A stretch of DNA of 64,000 nucleotides from Octopus sinensis (taxonomy: Eukaryota), in assembly GCF_006345805.1 (NCBI RefSeq), contig NC_042997.1:122946001-123010000 (forward strand). Reading direction: 5' to 3'. Below are positions 1 through 13,623 of the stretch, in pieces. Under the pieces are notes generated by a model, which saw only the letters and a program-made list of their open reading frames with translations, was not told where the DNA came from and did no database searches. Numbering within the stretch: position 1 is the first letter of the stretch; each line of letters begins with the position of its first letter. The position numbers and the translations under genes were made by a program.

Positions 1-760
1 TATGAGTGAGGATGCAACCTTTCATGTGCATGTTGCTAAATTGGCAATGAAATGTAGACGGCTGACCGGATGGATTCTTAGAACCTTTAGAACAAGTGAC
101 CAGGAAACCATGATGGTCCTCTGGAGGACACTTGTCCTAAGCCACTTTGACTATTGCTCTCAGCTATGGTCACCATCAAGTGTCAAGTTAATCACAGAAC
201 TTGAGGCGATCCAACAAAGCTACACGAAGAAGATAGCCTCTGTGCAGCATATAAGCTATTGGGAAAGACTCAAGAGATTGAGACTCTATTCCTTAGAGCG
301 TAGGCGAGAGAGATATGCCATAATATACATCTGGAAGATCCTAGAAGGACTTGTCCCAAACTTTGGTATCGAGAGTTACACAAATGCCAGAACTGGACGC
401 CACTGCATAGTGCCAAGGACTCCAAATTTGCCATCAAGATGGAGGACAATATACTGTGATAGCCTAGGCTTCCGAGGCCCACAGCTCTTCAATATCCTCC
501 CGAAGAACCTAAGAGACCTGCATGGGGTTGATGCAGATGTCTTTAAAATGAAACTGGATCTCTTCTTGTCAGGTGTCCCAGATGAACCAACTTCACGGCA
601 GGAGGTGCAGATGAGGGCAGCTGCATCGAACTCTCTCATGCACCAGATGGCATTTGCTAAAAAGCATTCATGAAGTAAAATCATGTAACAACACCAAATG
701 GCGGTGCCCCAGCATGGCCACAGCTTGTGAGCTGAAACTAAATAAAATAAAATAAATTAA
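1..760 (+). mobile_element. 3' end of a CR1/L2-group non-LTR retrotransposon (ORF2 C-terminus 2..673 plus 3' UTR)
   Basis: Uninterrupted 223-codon frame with post-RT LINE motifs (LVLSHFDYCSQLWSP, YWERLKRLRLYSLERRRERY, FRGPQLFNILP), then a short 3' UTR with a stem-loop and a (TAAAA)n-like tail. The ORF probably continues upstream of the window. Confidence 0.85.
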
Positions 761-1095
761 TAAAAAATATATAAATATATATATATATATATGTATGTGT
801 TTGTGTGTGTGTGTGTGTGTGTGTATGTGTGTGCACGTGTGTGTGTGTAACATACGGTACAATTATAAACCATTTCTCTGCAGACTGAAAAAAATGACGA
901 ACATCGTTAATAAATATTCGAACCTTATTACGTTTGCTTCATTCTGACAGGCTCCAGAGAAACAAGCAGCCAACAAATACAGCAGTTACTCCATGAAGGA
1001 GTCACTATTAATACCGGCGTCCTGTCAACAGGGATCTTAGTCCACAGCTATATACGATAGTGTATGTATGTAACATATATATCTATCTATCTATC

Positions 1096-1130
<35 letters not shown>

Positions 1131-1154
1131 TATAATATATATATACTTTTGTAA

Positions 1155-1443
1155 CCAAGTCTTGTGAGCGGATTTCGTCGATGGAAACTGAAAGAAGCCC
1201 GTCGTATATATATATATATATATATACAACGATATATATGTATATGTTTGTGTTTCTGTATTTATCCAACCCTTTCGCTTGGCAGCCGATGTTAGTGTGT
1301 TTATGTCCGTGTAAATTTGCGGTTTGGTAACAGAGAATAGAATAAGTTTTAGGCTTACAAAAAATAAATGTTCGGGTCGATTTGTTCGGTTGGAGGAGGT
1401 GTTACTGCATGGTCATCGTCAAATGACTGAAATAAGTAAAAGA
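1155..1443 (+). mobile_element. Degenerate 5'-truncated tRNA/CORE-type SINE (family A)
   Basis: ggaaactgaaagaagcccgtcg, internal (TA)n, and 3' tail gtcaaatgactgaaataagtaaaaga; matches the full copy at 48721-49105. Confidence 0.75.
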
Positions 1444-2882
1444 ATTTATATATTTGTATGTATGTAATACGTGTTTTCTGCACACATATGTATAATACAT
1501 GTAAGAGCATGTGAAGCTATTTCAGTGTAGCATGCATCTAATTGTGAATTATCTTCCCGATTAAAGCTGTCATATCTGAAGCAGAATGAATTCACATGTT
1601 ACCGATAAATATCTGTATATCAATTTGCAAATGCTCGACATCACTTTGGTAAAAACATGCATTATTGTTTTATGTATATTTGTAAAGCAGCATTATTCGG
1701 CTTCTCCATTACCTCTGTAAGTTGCTTAAAAAAAAAATTTTCTATAAAATTGTATTTACGAACATGCCGTTATATACATGCGTGTGTATGTGTCTCTGTG
1801 TGTATGTGTGTGTAGGAGTGTTAGACTACGCGTGTTGATACGTTGATTTATAGACGGATGAAGTAATCCACGCTAACAAAACGGTGAGTATTGTAAGATA
1901 AGCAATGATGCCAATATATAAATTTAGAACGTGTTAAGAGAAAGTGAAAGGAGATTTTTATAAGAAACAATCTGTTTACACAGAAACATACACACACACA
2001 CACGCATGTATATATATATATATTACATTTTATTCAAATATGACGTTATATATGTGTGTACGAACGTGTGTGTGCGCGCGTGCGCGCGTGATTTAAGTAT
2101 TGGGGATGTGGGTTGAGTTATTGTCCATAGATGGAATTTATAAATATTTCAAGGCAACGCTACGCACATTCCCACTTATTTCTTAAGATCATAGACCGTA
2201 TTCCTGGAATGATTACATTATAGTCTTTAGTATCCATGCACATCGGGAGAATGATATTCATGCGTACATTACTTCGGGTGACATAAAATTGACGGATGTA
2301 TAACAGAGAGTAGTTTATCAATTTTGACCAATGAAAGGGTTGATGAATGTATGTGGGTTGTGCGGTGTGTATTTGGTGGGCATGAGTGGAAGGTGGTAGT
2401 AAGAGAGAAAAGTATGGTAGTTATAAAGTAGATGGAGGCGTGTGTGTTGATGTTAGACTCAATTCGATAAGTAAGTATAATAATTATTATGACTATATTT
2501 ATCCTACATTATATCGGCGCATCTCGGTGCAGCTTCGTATCATTAGGGTGTAGCCGGCATAAAGAAATAATAACTTTTATATACATATTCAAAATATTAA
2601 CTGTAAACGAATTTACAGGACATGTATGTTTGCATGTATGCTAGTATATATATATATAAATTTTTAAGTAGCTGAATGAATTAACCTAGTATGGATAATT
2701 CGGTTAACCGATACCCGGGTAGCAAATTTACGTCAGAAAGCACGGTCGAAGCTACATGCCAAGGGCAGAAATTACGTGCTTTCGTGTGGAAATTTGTGTT
2801 TTTTTACTATAGATAAATGAAAGAATGGAGTCCGTGTGGGCAGTCATCTAAAAGTTTTTGTTCGTCATGATGCTGACATAAG

Positions 2883-2981
2883 TTCCTTGTCTTTCCTGAT
2901 GAGTAGACGGCATAATGCACCCTTTGTTACTTCGGAATTAAGAATATGCAGTCTTCGAAACATGTGTCGAGAATAAAGGAA
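2883..2981 (+). ncRNA. Type I hammerhead ribozyme with long stem II
   Basis: tttc-CTGATGA-gtagacggcata...tatgcagtcttc-GAAA-catgtg-TC-gaga. Canonical core; stem II agac/gtct and gcata/tatgc; stem I extended by ttcctt/aaggaa. Confidence 0.7.
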
Positions 2982-3016
2982 TTTTGTTAAATCGCCGTTC
3001 GACTCCATTCTTTCAT

Positions 3017-3018
<2 letters not shown>

Positions 3019-3089
<71 letters not shown>

Positions 3090-3090
3090 G

Positions 3091-3163
<73 letters not shown>

Positions 3164-3175
3164 GCTATCTATCTA

Positions 3176-3259
<84 letters not shown>

Positions 3260-3266
3260 TATATAT
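3019..3266. repeat. Compound (TATC)n-(TC)n-(TA)n microsatellite
   Basis: Directly visible. Confidence 0.95.
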
Positions 3267-4708
3267 GTAAGTATATCCCAAAATACATGTATGTGATTGT
3301 GTGCGTGTATAGAACTGTATAGAAGCGATGCGATTGGTTTCTTGTCCATTTCTTTCGTACTATCCGTTCTACTATTACAATTGTTTGAATTTTTCACGGT
3401 TTCTTTTGTGAATTCCTTCGACTCCAGTGCGTATTGCTTAAAATCTGGGACTTACATTATGTTTAGCCGTTTCGGGGTAGTAAACAGACCAGCACCGTTT
3501 GTGGAGTGATAGTGGGACAAAACACTGACACGAAGACACATACACGAAGTTATGTACAATGGACTTTCTACTTCGATATAATTATTTCAATCACAGTTAG
3601 AAGTCACTTCCCCGATGTATCACACATAAGAAATGAAACCTGGAAACATGTGGCTCCGAAGCGAGAACAATTAGTCAACCAAGAGTGAAATGAATATCTT
3701 TTCATAAACGCCTTATTTGAATGTGAGCTACAATATGTTTCAGGCTCCGAGAATGCAGTGGTCGGATGAGTTCTTATTCGAAATCAAAAGATTGCAGTAG
3801 ATACATACTGCAGATGCTCTTCCGTTTATTGTACCAAGGAACATTGAACTTATGGTAGCTTAAAATTAATACACTTTATACACTCGCATGCACAAGAACA
3901 TACACGCACACACACAAAACGTACAACAGAGAGAGAGAGAAGAAAAAGAAAGAAAGAAGCGAAGGCACACGTGTAAGACTATATTATAAACGGTAGGCCA
4001 ATGTTGTGAGTATCACACAGCATAATATACACACATAAAACACACACACACATACGCATACGTATATATACATAGGTACATACATACATACAAACATACA
4101 TATATACATACATATAGATTGAGAACTGAGTCGATTTTGATTTTTGAGGCATTTCAGTGCACTGGAAACGCAAATGCCTTTTATGTATATAACCGTATTA
4201 TATCCGAGGAGATTAGTTATTTTCTAACAGTACGATTACAACCAAGTCACTTCATTTGATCTATATATTACTGCTGATAAAATGTGGATTTAGATATCCA
4301 ATAAATACATATTCTCTTTTGATACTTCAAAGACCAAGTGCGCCTAGAAAGTTTTGGTCAAGATAACTTGATATTGTAATTCTTTCATATATTGCTTTTC
4401 TCAAATTGAAAGTCATGTATTTGCACTTACTCTATAGTAATTGGAAGAAGAAAGATGTGGCTTTCAAGTTCAAATCCAGAATTCGGTGTTTCGATCTCTT
4501 AGGCAATTTATTGGTATTAAAGCGTGACAGAATGGTAACAGGAATTGCTGCATATATATTATATATATGCTATTTTATATATCTCCCCATAGAATCAAAT
4601 GCATGTAAAAACACACTCACATACACACACACGCAAATACATGAAAATACGTATGCATATACATATACCAACACATACATCGACACTTACATGCATATCT
4701 AAATATAT

Positions 4709-4786
<78 letters not shown>

Positions 4787-4795
4787 CATATATAC

Positions 4796-4828
<33 letters not shown>

Positions 4829-6082
4829 GATATATAGATATATACATATATACATATACCTACATGGATGCATATAAATACACAAACATATATATATGTA
4901 TATATATATGCTCATATAAATGCATACATATACATACATATATATATATACTTATACACATATTTCTATAGATATATACACACATTTATGTGTGTATATA
5001 TATATATATATATAAATATGTGTTTTTGCTACGTTATACTGCCTTACATGTACACACGTGCACACGCATACACATACATTCAGTCACTCACAGACACACA
5101 TACACCCACCCACTCACACGTATACAACACACACACACACACACACGCATACATACATGCACACACCACGAAACTAAGACAGGCGGTTTTACAATGTAGG
5201 AGCTTGAATACTTTTAACTATTAATATACTATATAATTCACGATCAAAATGCTTCTAGATTACAATAATTTAATGAAAATTCCCAAAAAGAATCTATGAA
5301 ACTTATATACTTTCTATGACGTAGATTAATCATCTCCCTGTTTTAGGATTTGTTTTAAGAAAAAAAAAAATGTTCTACACCAATTTTTCGCTAATCTGCT
5401 AGTAAATTAAAATCGGCTTTTACATTAAAAGCATCATTTTACCATTTGGGTTCTGGTATCTAGTTCTCTATAATTTGTCGGGATTAACATTGCCTTTCGC
5501 GAATTGCCAATGAGGGCGGTGTTATCTCGAAGTTGTTAAAGCGTCGGTGAGGATACATTTGAATATTTCTTGCGATGTGTTACAATTGAGTTCACTCACC
5601 ATTACGGCGTACATGTGAGGTATTTGTCTAGCTGTTTAACATGGCAGTTGTCATTAGCGGTGTCTACTCTCCTGCAAAATGGTGAAAAGTTTCTCGTCAA
5701 AACAGTTTCTAGTCAAAATTTACCCCCTCTTTCCGCTATTAGATTCATTGTCGTCAACGACCTGTGAAGATGTTGTGCTGCATTTCCAATTACATACATA
5801 TATACTGACGTACACAAACACGCACAAATTTATGTTCCATGTTCCAATTTCGCCGCGGCTGAATTTGCCTTCCTTTCAACTTTTTGAAGTCGAAACCACT
5901 TGTATCAATTGAGCTTTGGATTTGATATAATCGACAAAACCCTACCCTCAGAAATTGTTGGTTCTCAACAAAAATTTGAAACCATTATTATTTCTGTTAT
6001 ACTGTATTCAGTTTCATAAATTCTCTTTTGAATTTTCATTAATTATTGTAAACTAGAAATATTTTGCTCATGAATTATATTG

Positions 6083-6117
<35 letters not shown>

Positions 6118-6130
6118 TATATATATACCT

Positions 6131-6950
6131 TTGAGTAACCACCTAGCAACATGTGGTCGGAAAATATATATAATATTTCCATTCTACAAATTACACAGCC
6201 CAAGTGAAATCGAGAGGAAAATCAGAGAAAAGAATTTTATTGATAAATTCGAACCCAAGCTAAATAAGCAATAATAATATAATAATACTTAGAGGTATTA
6301 CTTCAACTGCTACGACCATGACCACTAACAAACAACAAACAATACTAAAGGTGATCAAGACGAAGATAGCAGGAAAATTATCTTATTTAGGGTTAAAAGT
6401 TCTATTGCCATAACCATCACACTAGCAACAATAATTAAGGTGCTGACAATGATGATGATGACAATTGAAATATAAAAATATAAAAATCTCTGACAAAGGA
6501 TATTTACAACATTTCTAAAAAATAACCACCCAATTGCTGCTTCGGCCAGGGTCAAGATACAGGACTCTTGACATGTCCAACAAAGCGTGATGCCTAACCA
6601 ATCAGCTCAACCAACCATCAGCTTAAGTAATTGAGTGATACTACACACTGATTGGTCAGAATACAGTTTGCAAAAACCTAGCACTCTGGAGCCTACCCAG
6701 CTGTATTTATAGCACAGAATCAATCATCTTGCTACAGTCAAAAATTGTGAAGCATGACTGTCAACACTACTACATGAACCCGAAGATTGCAGAATCAATG
6801 CATGAAAGTACTAGTTCAATCAGAATGAATATTTAACATTCTACTATTTCATTTTATTTTATTCAATTATAATATATTATCTTATAATATATCATTATAA
6901 GATTGTAAATAAAACGTGAAAATCAGACAAGGTTGGAATTCTTTTTATAA
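6131..6950 (+). mobile_element. Penelope-like element 3' fragment (GIY-YIG endonuclease C-terminus 6131..6274 plus pseudo-LTR region)
   Basis: LSNHLATC...FPFYKL...ERKIREKNFIDKFEPKLNK* matches the H..R..E..I...P.LN end of PLE GIY-YIG domains. Downstream hammerhead; (TA)n on both flanks. Confidence 0.7.
6775..6818 (+). ncRNA. Minimal type I hammerhead, CCGAAGA core variant
   Basis: tgaac-CCGAAGA-t-tgca gaatcaa tgca-t-GAAA-gtac-TA-gttca. Stem I tgaac/gttca; palindromic stem III AGTACT. Confidence 0.65.
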
Positions 6951-7179
6951 TATATATATATATATATATATTATATTATATTATATTATATTATATATAT
7001 TATATTATATTATATTATATTATATTATATTATATCATATTATAGGGTTCTTTTTAAATAGAAAAAATAATTTTTTTACACCAAGTTTTGGAACCAAATA
7101 GATGGGACACAGGCGCAGAAAGTGAGTAATCTTTATTTTCTTTTTTGAACAAAGTAAATAAATTATATTTCTAAACAAA

Positions 7180-7516
7180 CTTACGAACAACATGGTTCTC
7201 GGTTCAGTCCCACTACGTGGCACCTTGGGCAAGTGTATTCTGTTATAGCCTGGGGCTGACCCGGGCCTTTTGAGTGGATATGGTAGACAGAAACTGAAAG
7301 CAACCTGTCGTGTATATATATATGAGTGTGTGTGTGTGTATGTTTTGTCCCCCCACCATCGCTTGACAACCGATGCTGGTGTATTTACCGGTTCGGCAGG
7401 AGACACCGATACAATAAGTACTGTGTTTACAAAGATTAAGTCCTGGGGTCGATTTGCTCGACTAAAGGCGGTGCTTTAGCATGGCCACAGTCAAATGACT
7501 CAAACAAGTAAAAGAG
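7180..7516 (+). mobile_element. tRNA/CORE-type SINE family A
   Basis: B-box ggttcagtcc, CORE-like caccttgggcaagtg, internal microsatellite, tail ggcggtgctttagcatggccacagtcaaatgact. Confidence 0.85.
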
Positions 7517-9146
7517 TTAAAGAGAAAATGAGTATACTAATGGTCAAAATTATATGCTCTTCTACTGTGCAGACATGTTTCCAAATTTTTAAGCCCTGAG
7601 CTCTATTAATATCTCATCGGATGCGGTACATAAATCACTCAAGTACGAGTCGATTATCCTTCTATTGCATCTAAATAGAGAAAACTGCTGGCCTTGCTTA
7701 ATTTAGAAAAATCGATTATTTGTATAGTGAGTAATATTACATTAATTTATTGAATATCTTTGTCCCGAGTTGGTCATTCGATCGTTTAAACTCACATGCG
7801 TGACGCGAAACGAGCCTAAATGAAACGGATTACAAAACGATCTTAAGCATGATTAGGGTATATTACGTGAATCATATTTTCTGTGTGGTTATTTTAGAAC
7901 TCGTGATACTGTTGATCAAAATGCCTGTCGAGTTTTGGCATATTCTTTACGTTTCAAAATCAGATAACTCCCAAATCAAAACCCTTTCTGATAATCCTCA
8001 TTGCTAGTAGAGAATTTGATCGATATAATTGACGGATCCCTTCGTATATTTCTATTTAATAATAGTAATAGTAGTTGGAATAATGATACGCTATATGCTT
8101 TCGGTTATCACCCACTGCTTTATCTGCTTAAGTTCATGTTTCATATATTTTTAGCGTAAATTTAAATGTGAAATTGTTACATTCCAAATATTTCTTTGGC
8201 ATATGTCAGAAAATATACTCCAAGGTTTAATATTAATTTACGAATATGTGCTCAGGCAGGGGAATATATTACATTGAATGTGCCAGGCAAGCAATTCTAG
8301 GAACAACAGCTTAAAATCAGACACATTTGGAGAATGATAATTTATTTCCATGATATCTTGTTACTATAGCAATAGCGCTTGAGGTACATATGTATAAATA
8401 TGCGTAAATCTTCCATGAATACCTAAAATAGGCTAGGAATATTCTATATTAAACACTTATATTCTCTGAGTGCATATGCGCTTGTAAATCATTATTTAAT
8501 TGGAACCTTAGAAACTCAACTTAAAATCATTTCTGATAAATTGAACACAACATATTCATTTAAAACGCAGATTTCCGGGTCTTATATTAATAACATTTCA
8601 ACATGTTGGGTAGCTTTCAACATGTATCTAATTTAAGTTATTGAAGCAAACACTTATAATTTGGTCGGTTTCTTCTGAAAGCATACAGGATTATATTGGC
8701 AATCCTAAGAAAAATCTTGATTGAGTTAATAAATATAATTACCATCATTAATGTGTAATGATAGCTACCAGAAGATGATTCAAGAGTGATATTAATATTT
8801 TTATTACTATTGATATTATTATTTTTATAATCATAATTAATATTATTTTCGGTAGTAGTATTTATAATAGCTTTAATTCAGTAAATCCATGCGTTTATCA
8901 TCAGTGTGTAAAGTCAATAATCTGTTGAAGTAGCACTTTTCACTTCGTTTGCGTTGTTCGTACAAGTCATATTACTTGTAATCTTAAATCAAGATAGCGA
9001 TCACCAGCTGAGTTATGGCATTAGCTTCGTTAGTTTCATTTTCTAGTGACTGGTGTCTCTGTAGAATTAATATTTGCAACTTCTTTCCACATGGATTGCA
9101 AATTTGATAGTATAGAGCAATTATATATATATATATATATATATAT

Positions 9147-9213
<67 letters not shown>

Positions 9214-9284
9214 ACCCCGACTCAACCGGGACCTACATATATATATATATTAATATATTATATATTATATATATATATATATAT

Positions 9285-9730
9285 GTAGGTCCCGGGTTGA
9301 GTCGGGGTTAACCACAGTAAATAAGGTACTCAGTACATAGCAGAGTAAAGTAATTTATTTTATAGAAGGAGCTTCTACAGGACTAGAACTGTTTCATTCA
9401 GATGAAATCTTCAGGAAGCTGGCTGTCAAAATAAGTTCTGGTATTTATGCATTTAGGCAGATTTAATGGAGTGGTGGTGGGGGACGTTTTATGGGTAGGT
9501 TGGTATTTAGGAGATAAACAGGGCACAAGCTATTATTCTTAGGGGAGTGGTCAAAAGGCCAGAGTGTTTTTTTGAAATGAGAAGAATCAGTGAGAAAATA
9601 TATGAATAAATAGAATAAATGAATGGAAACAGATATATGGGATGGGATTTTAGGTGAATTAGAAGACAATTGCTTTTTGGTGGTCAAGAAGAGGTGGGCA
9701 GTTTGTTATTGTTAGGTGGATGGAATAAAT
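9285..9730 (-). mobile_element. Penelope-like pseudo-LTR fragment
   Basis: Contains a canonical hammerhead; its 3' end abuts (TA)n, with an inverted copy of the terminus at 9212-9236. Confidence 0.55.
9370..9420 (-). ncRNA. Type I hammerhead ribozyme
   Basis: Minus strand: agcttc-CTGAAGA-t-ttca tc tgaa-t-GAAA-cag ttctagtc ctg-TA-gaagct. Perfect 6-bp stem I; stems II and III present. Confidence 0.8.
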
Positions 9731-9877
9731 AGATAAATATACATGAAAAAACATATAAAATAAATATACATACAAACACACATACATACACATGCGAATA
9801 TACATATGTATACATACATACGCACATATATATACATACACACACATACATACATATATATATATACATACACACAT

Positions 9878-9908
<31 letters not shown>

Positions 9909-9911
9909 AGT

Positions 9912-10217
9912 GGAGGCGCAATGGCCCAGTGGTTGGGATGGTGGACTCGCGGTCGTAGGATCGCGGTTTCGATCCCCAGACAGTGCCTTGTGAATGTTTA
10001 TTGAGCTAGAAAACCTAAAGCTCCACGAGTCTTCGGCATGGGTGGTGGCGATCCCTGCTGTTCTCTTTCGCCGCGACTTTCTCTCATTCTTTTTTCTGTT
10101 GGCCTGCTCGCTTAGCCAGCGGGGTGGCGTCATTTGGAGGCTAAAAGAATGCGAAGCGCATTGTGACCAGCGATGTGTAGCAACATCTGATAGCCTCGTC
10201 GGTCACGTGATCATGTG

Positions 10218-10218
<1 letters not shown>
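9912..10218 (+). mobile_element. tRNA-derived SINE family B (tail type 1)
   Basis: A-box tggcccagtgg and B-box-like gtttcgatcc; head and body shared with 35948-36107; embedded in (TA)n. Confidence 0.8.
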
Positions 10219-10248
<30 letters not shown>

Positions 10249-10259
10249 TACATGTATAC

Positions 10260-11340
10260 TGTGTGGCAACGTTAAATACAAACGTATTACTAGTTCAAAT
10301 ATGCTTAAGGCAAATTTGAGTGTCTTTATTACGGGTTCAAATATGCCCCAATCATATTTGAAATGAAAACAATTTTATATATCTATATGTATGTATATTA
10401 AATATATTAAATATTTCGCGAGAGCGAAATAAGGGGAGATAATAGGGTTGATAAACGGGTTGAGGGACCAGCTAAAAGTGCGTGGGAGGGGTCTGGATGT
10501 GTGTATGTATAGGGTTGGTGTATGTATTAGTATGTATAGGTGTGTGTGTGTGTGTGTGTGTGTGTATGAGAGAGTATTAGTGCGTAGGATTGGTCTGGAC
10601 GTGCGTATGTATGGGGTTGGTGTATGTATTAGTATGTATTAGTATGTATTAGTACGTATGGTATGTATAGGTGTGTGTGTGTGTGAGAGAGTATAAGTGC
10701 GTATGCGGGGTCTGGACGTGTGTATGTATAGGGTTGGGGTAAGTATTAGTATGTACTAGTATGTATTAGTACGTATTAGTATGTATTAGTTGGTGTGTGT
10801 ATTAGTATGGCACATCATATGTGATGTGATGTGTAAAGTCAGTGTGTGGTGTAGTGAGGAGAAGAGGGGGGAGGGGGAGAAGAGGGGGAGAGAAGGGGAG
10901 GGGGAGAAGAGGGGGAGGAGAAGGGGGAAGAGGAGAGGATGGGGGAGAAGGAAGGGGAGAGAGGGAGCAGAGGGAAGGGGGAAGGGAAGAGGGAGGGGAA
11001 AGAGGGAAGAGGGAAGGGGAGTGTGGGGTGAAAGATGAAGGACTGAAGAAGAATGGGTCGGGGGGGAAAGAGAAAGGATAGTGAGGAGGGGGGGAAGGGG
11101 GGTTAGATGAGGAGGGGGAGAGGTTGAGACCAAATGGCGTATAAGAGCGAAGAGAGAAGATTAATTCCTGTTCACGGCGCAAACGGGAATCCGGATGGCC
11201 TCTGTGTAAGGACAAACCGAACACAGATAGGTGTTGCAAGGAGTGACCGGTGGAGCGGAAATGGCGTGAGACCGGCGTATCGTTCGCAAGGTGGATGTCA
11301 CGAAGGTGTTCCGCGAACCGGTCAGCCAGTGTGAAAGTGA
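10260..11340 (-). mobile_element. Penelope-like element 3' fragment (GIY-YIG C-terminal half ~11125..11335, then pyrimidine-rich and short tandem-repeat tail)
   Basis: TLADRFAEHLRDI...PVSRHF...GHS...RLRREQELIFSLRSYTPFGLN is a typical PLE GIY-YIG C-terminus. The lower boundary is approximate. Confidence 0.75.
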
Positions 11341-11404
11341 GTTTTCTGTTCGCCTGCATATTTACTATATATTCGTTTGTTAATTTACTACACGTATTTT
11401 TTAA

Positions 11405-11443
<39 letters not shown>

Positions 11444-11446
<3 letters not shown>

Positions 11447-12430
11447 GAGGGCTGGCCGTGATCTAGTAATCTCAAGATTAATCAGCCGAAATTACTACGA
11501 TGATCCGGTTCTTGACTGAAGACTGAGGGGTTCGAATGTCCTGTCCATGTTTATTGTATCGTCTTCTATGAGTTATACGTTCTTGTCCATGTTGTATTTT
11601 TCTACATACCTTAACATATATTCCAGGCGCCCCGTACCCCCCTTATCATTAATGTGAACACATTATTTAATAATTGGTACGACTCTCTGTTTGTCTCTCT
11701 CTCTCTCTCATTTTTACTTTCTCTCTATTCATCTTCTCTTTCCTCTGATCCTTTGGTCTAGTCTTCCACTACCCTCCTATTTCTTTGTCTCGCTCTGCAC
11801 TCACAGGTCATTTTCGACACCCATCCTTCTCCTCTCTGATTCCTTCTTTCTCTCTTCTTCTCTCTCTTTGTTGCGTTTTGTCCCCTTTTTCTTTTTCTCT
11901 CTTCCTTTTTTCTTTGCTTTTTTTCTCTTTCTTTCTTTTCCCTTCTCTTGTCACGTGACTGTTGGCCGAAATCTGCCTTTCAGCTTGACCCTCGTCGTGT
12001 GTTACATCGTTGTTTTTCGTCCGCCGCTATAAAGGCTTTTTCCAATGCGCCAGAGAAAAAATTTGTTTGCTTGTTATCAGTCGTAAGACACTTGTTGTGT
12101 TCACCGTTAATGCTTCTGTATTTCATGTTTCTGTATTCCATTATTGTTTTTTTTTTTTTTTATATCTGTCCCTTTTGCTGTCCTGGTGTTCGTATGCATT
12201 CGATCCTTCTTCCAGGAAATCTACGCTTCCAGCTTAGTTTTTCTAATGCTCGTTGCTTAGTTTTTCTTGGAGGGCTGGCCGTGATCTAGTAATCTCAAGA
12301 TTAATCAGCCGAATTACTACGATGATCCGGTTCTTGACTGAAGACTGAGGGGTTCGAAGTCCTGTCCATGTTTATTGTATCGTCTTCTATGAGTTATACG
12401 TTCTTGTCCATGTTTATTTTTCTACATACC

Positions 12431-12435
<5 letters not shown>
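11444..12435. mobile_element. Non-coding element with ~175-bp terminal direct repeats (period ~823 bp) between (TA)n tracts
   Basis: 11444-11620 is almost identical to 12267-12435 (ttggagggctggccgtgatctag...tacataccttaa); pyrimidine-rich interior. Confidence 0.75.
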
Positions 12436-12477
<42 letters not shown>

Positions 12478-12534
12478 TATATATATATTATATGTGTGTG
12501 TGTCATATTTTCCGTTTATGTCTTTTTATTTAAT

Positions 12535-13220
12535 TCTGAAAAGAAACATATCAAGTAACTGCAGAATACGTAGAGATGGACAAGAAACAATAAATCATAT
12601 TATCTCTTGCTGTCCAGTCCTGGCTAAGAAGGAATATACTCACAGACACGACAGGGTTGGGACCTACATACACTGGAAGCTATTACATGACTATTGAAAA
12701 ACAATAGAAAAATGAATGGCCAGAAAAAAAACACAGAAAATGAAAAAGCAACCAAACTCTAGGATATGTTAAAACACACAAACAGAGAAATTAAGGACAG
12801 TAAGCCAGATTTATTTGTCAGAAATCACGAAGAAAAGTAAAATACTTCCTAATTGATGTATCAATACCAACAGATGACAACACGTCTCTAAAAGAAATGG
12901 AGAAACTTTCAAAATATAAAGACCTGGAAATAAAGATAACTTGAATGTTGAGTCTAAAAATAGAAACGATTCCTATCATAGTGGGAGCATTAGGTATGAT
13001 AGAAAAATATTCAGACAAATACATAACAAAAACACCAGGACCAACAAATATATATAGCATAGAGTAAATAGCACTACTAGGTACTGCACACATCCTACGT
13101 AAAACATTTTCAGTACATTAAGAGCATCACAGTAAACCACAACAAATGCCCAAGTCACATAGAGCTGTGCTCGGTAGTGCAGTGAAAGCACGTTATAAAA
13201 ATAAGACTACTCAATAATAA
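12535..13220 (+). mobile_element. Decayed 3' end of an RLE-type non-LTR retrotransposon (R4/Dong-like)
   Basis: CR...ETINHIISCCPVLAKKEYTHRHDRV (zinc knuckle plus RHD), then KPD, LIDVSIP, KEMEKLSKYKDL and PIIVGALG across stops and frameshifts; ends in (TAA)n. Confidence 0.8.
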
Positions 13221-13232
13221 TCTTTTAATAAT

Positions 13233-13408
13233 CTTGTTTCAGTCATTTGACTGTGGACATGCTGGAGCATTGCCTTTAGTCGAGCAAATCGACCCCAGGT
13301 ATTATTCTATCGGTCTCTTTTGCCGAACCGCTAATTTACGGGGACGTAAATATCGGTTGTCAAGCAATGTGGGGGGACAAACACAGACACACAAACATAT
13401 ACACACAC

Positions 13409-13466
<58 letters not shown>

Positions 13467-13550
13467 ATAATGATAATATTAGGGACGTAAACATCGGTTG
13501 TCATGCAATGTTGGGGGGACAAACACAGACACACAAACATATACACACAC

Positions 13551-13623
<73 letters not shown>

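Noticed and set aside
9912-9980. tRNA gene (also at other SINE heads)
   Set aside because: The A/B boxes belong to SINE heads; there is no complete cloverleaf, and the sequence runs into SINE bodies.
11505-11550. CTGAAGA as a hammerhead core in the direct repeat
   Set aside because: No following GAAA with compatible stems I-III.
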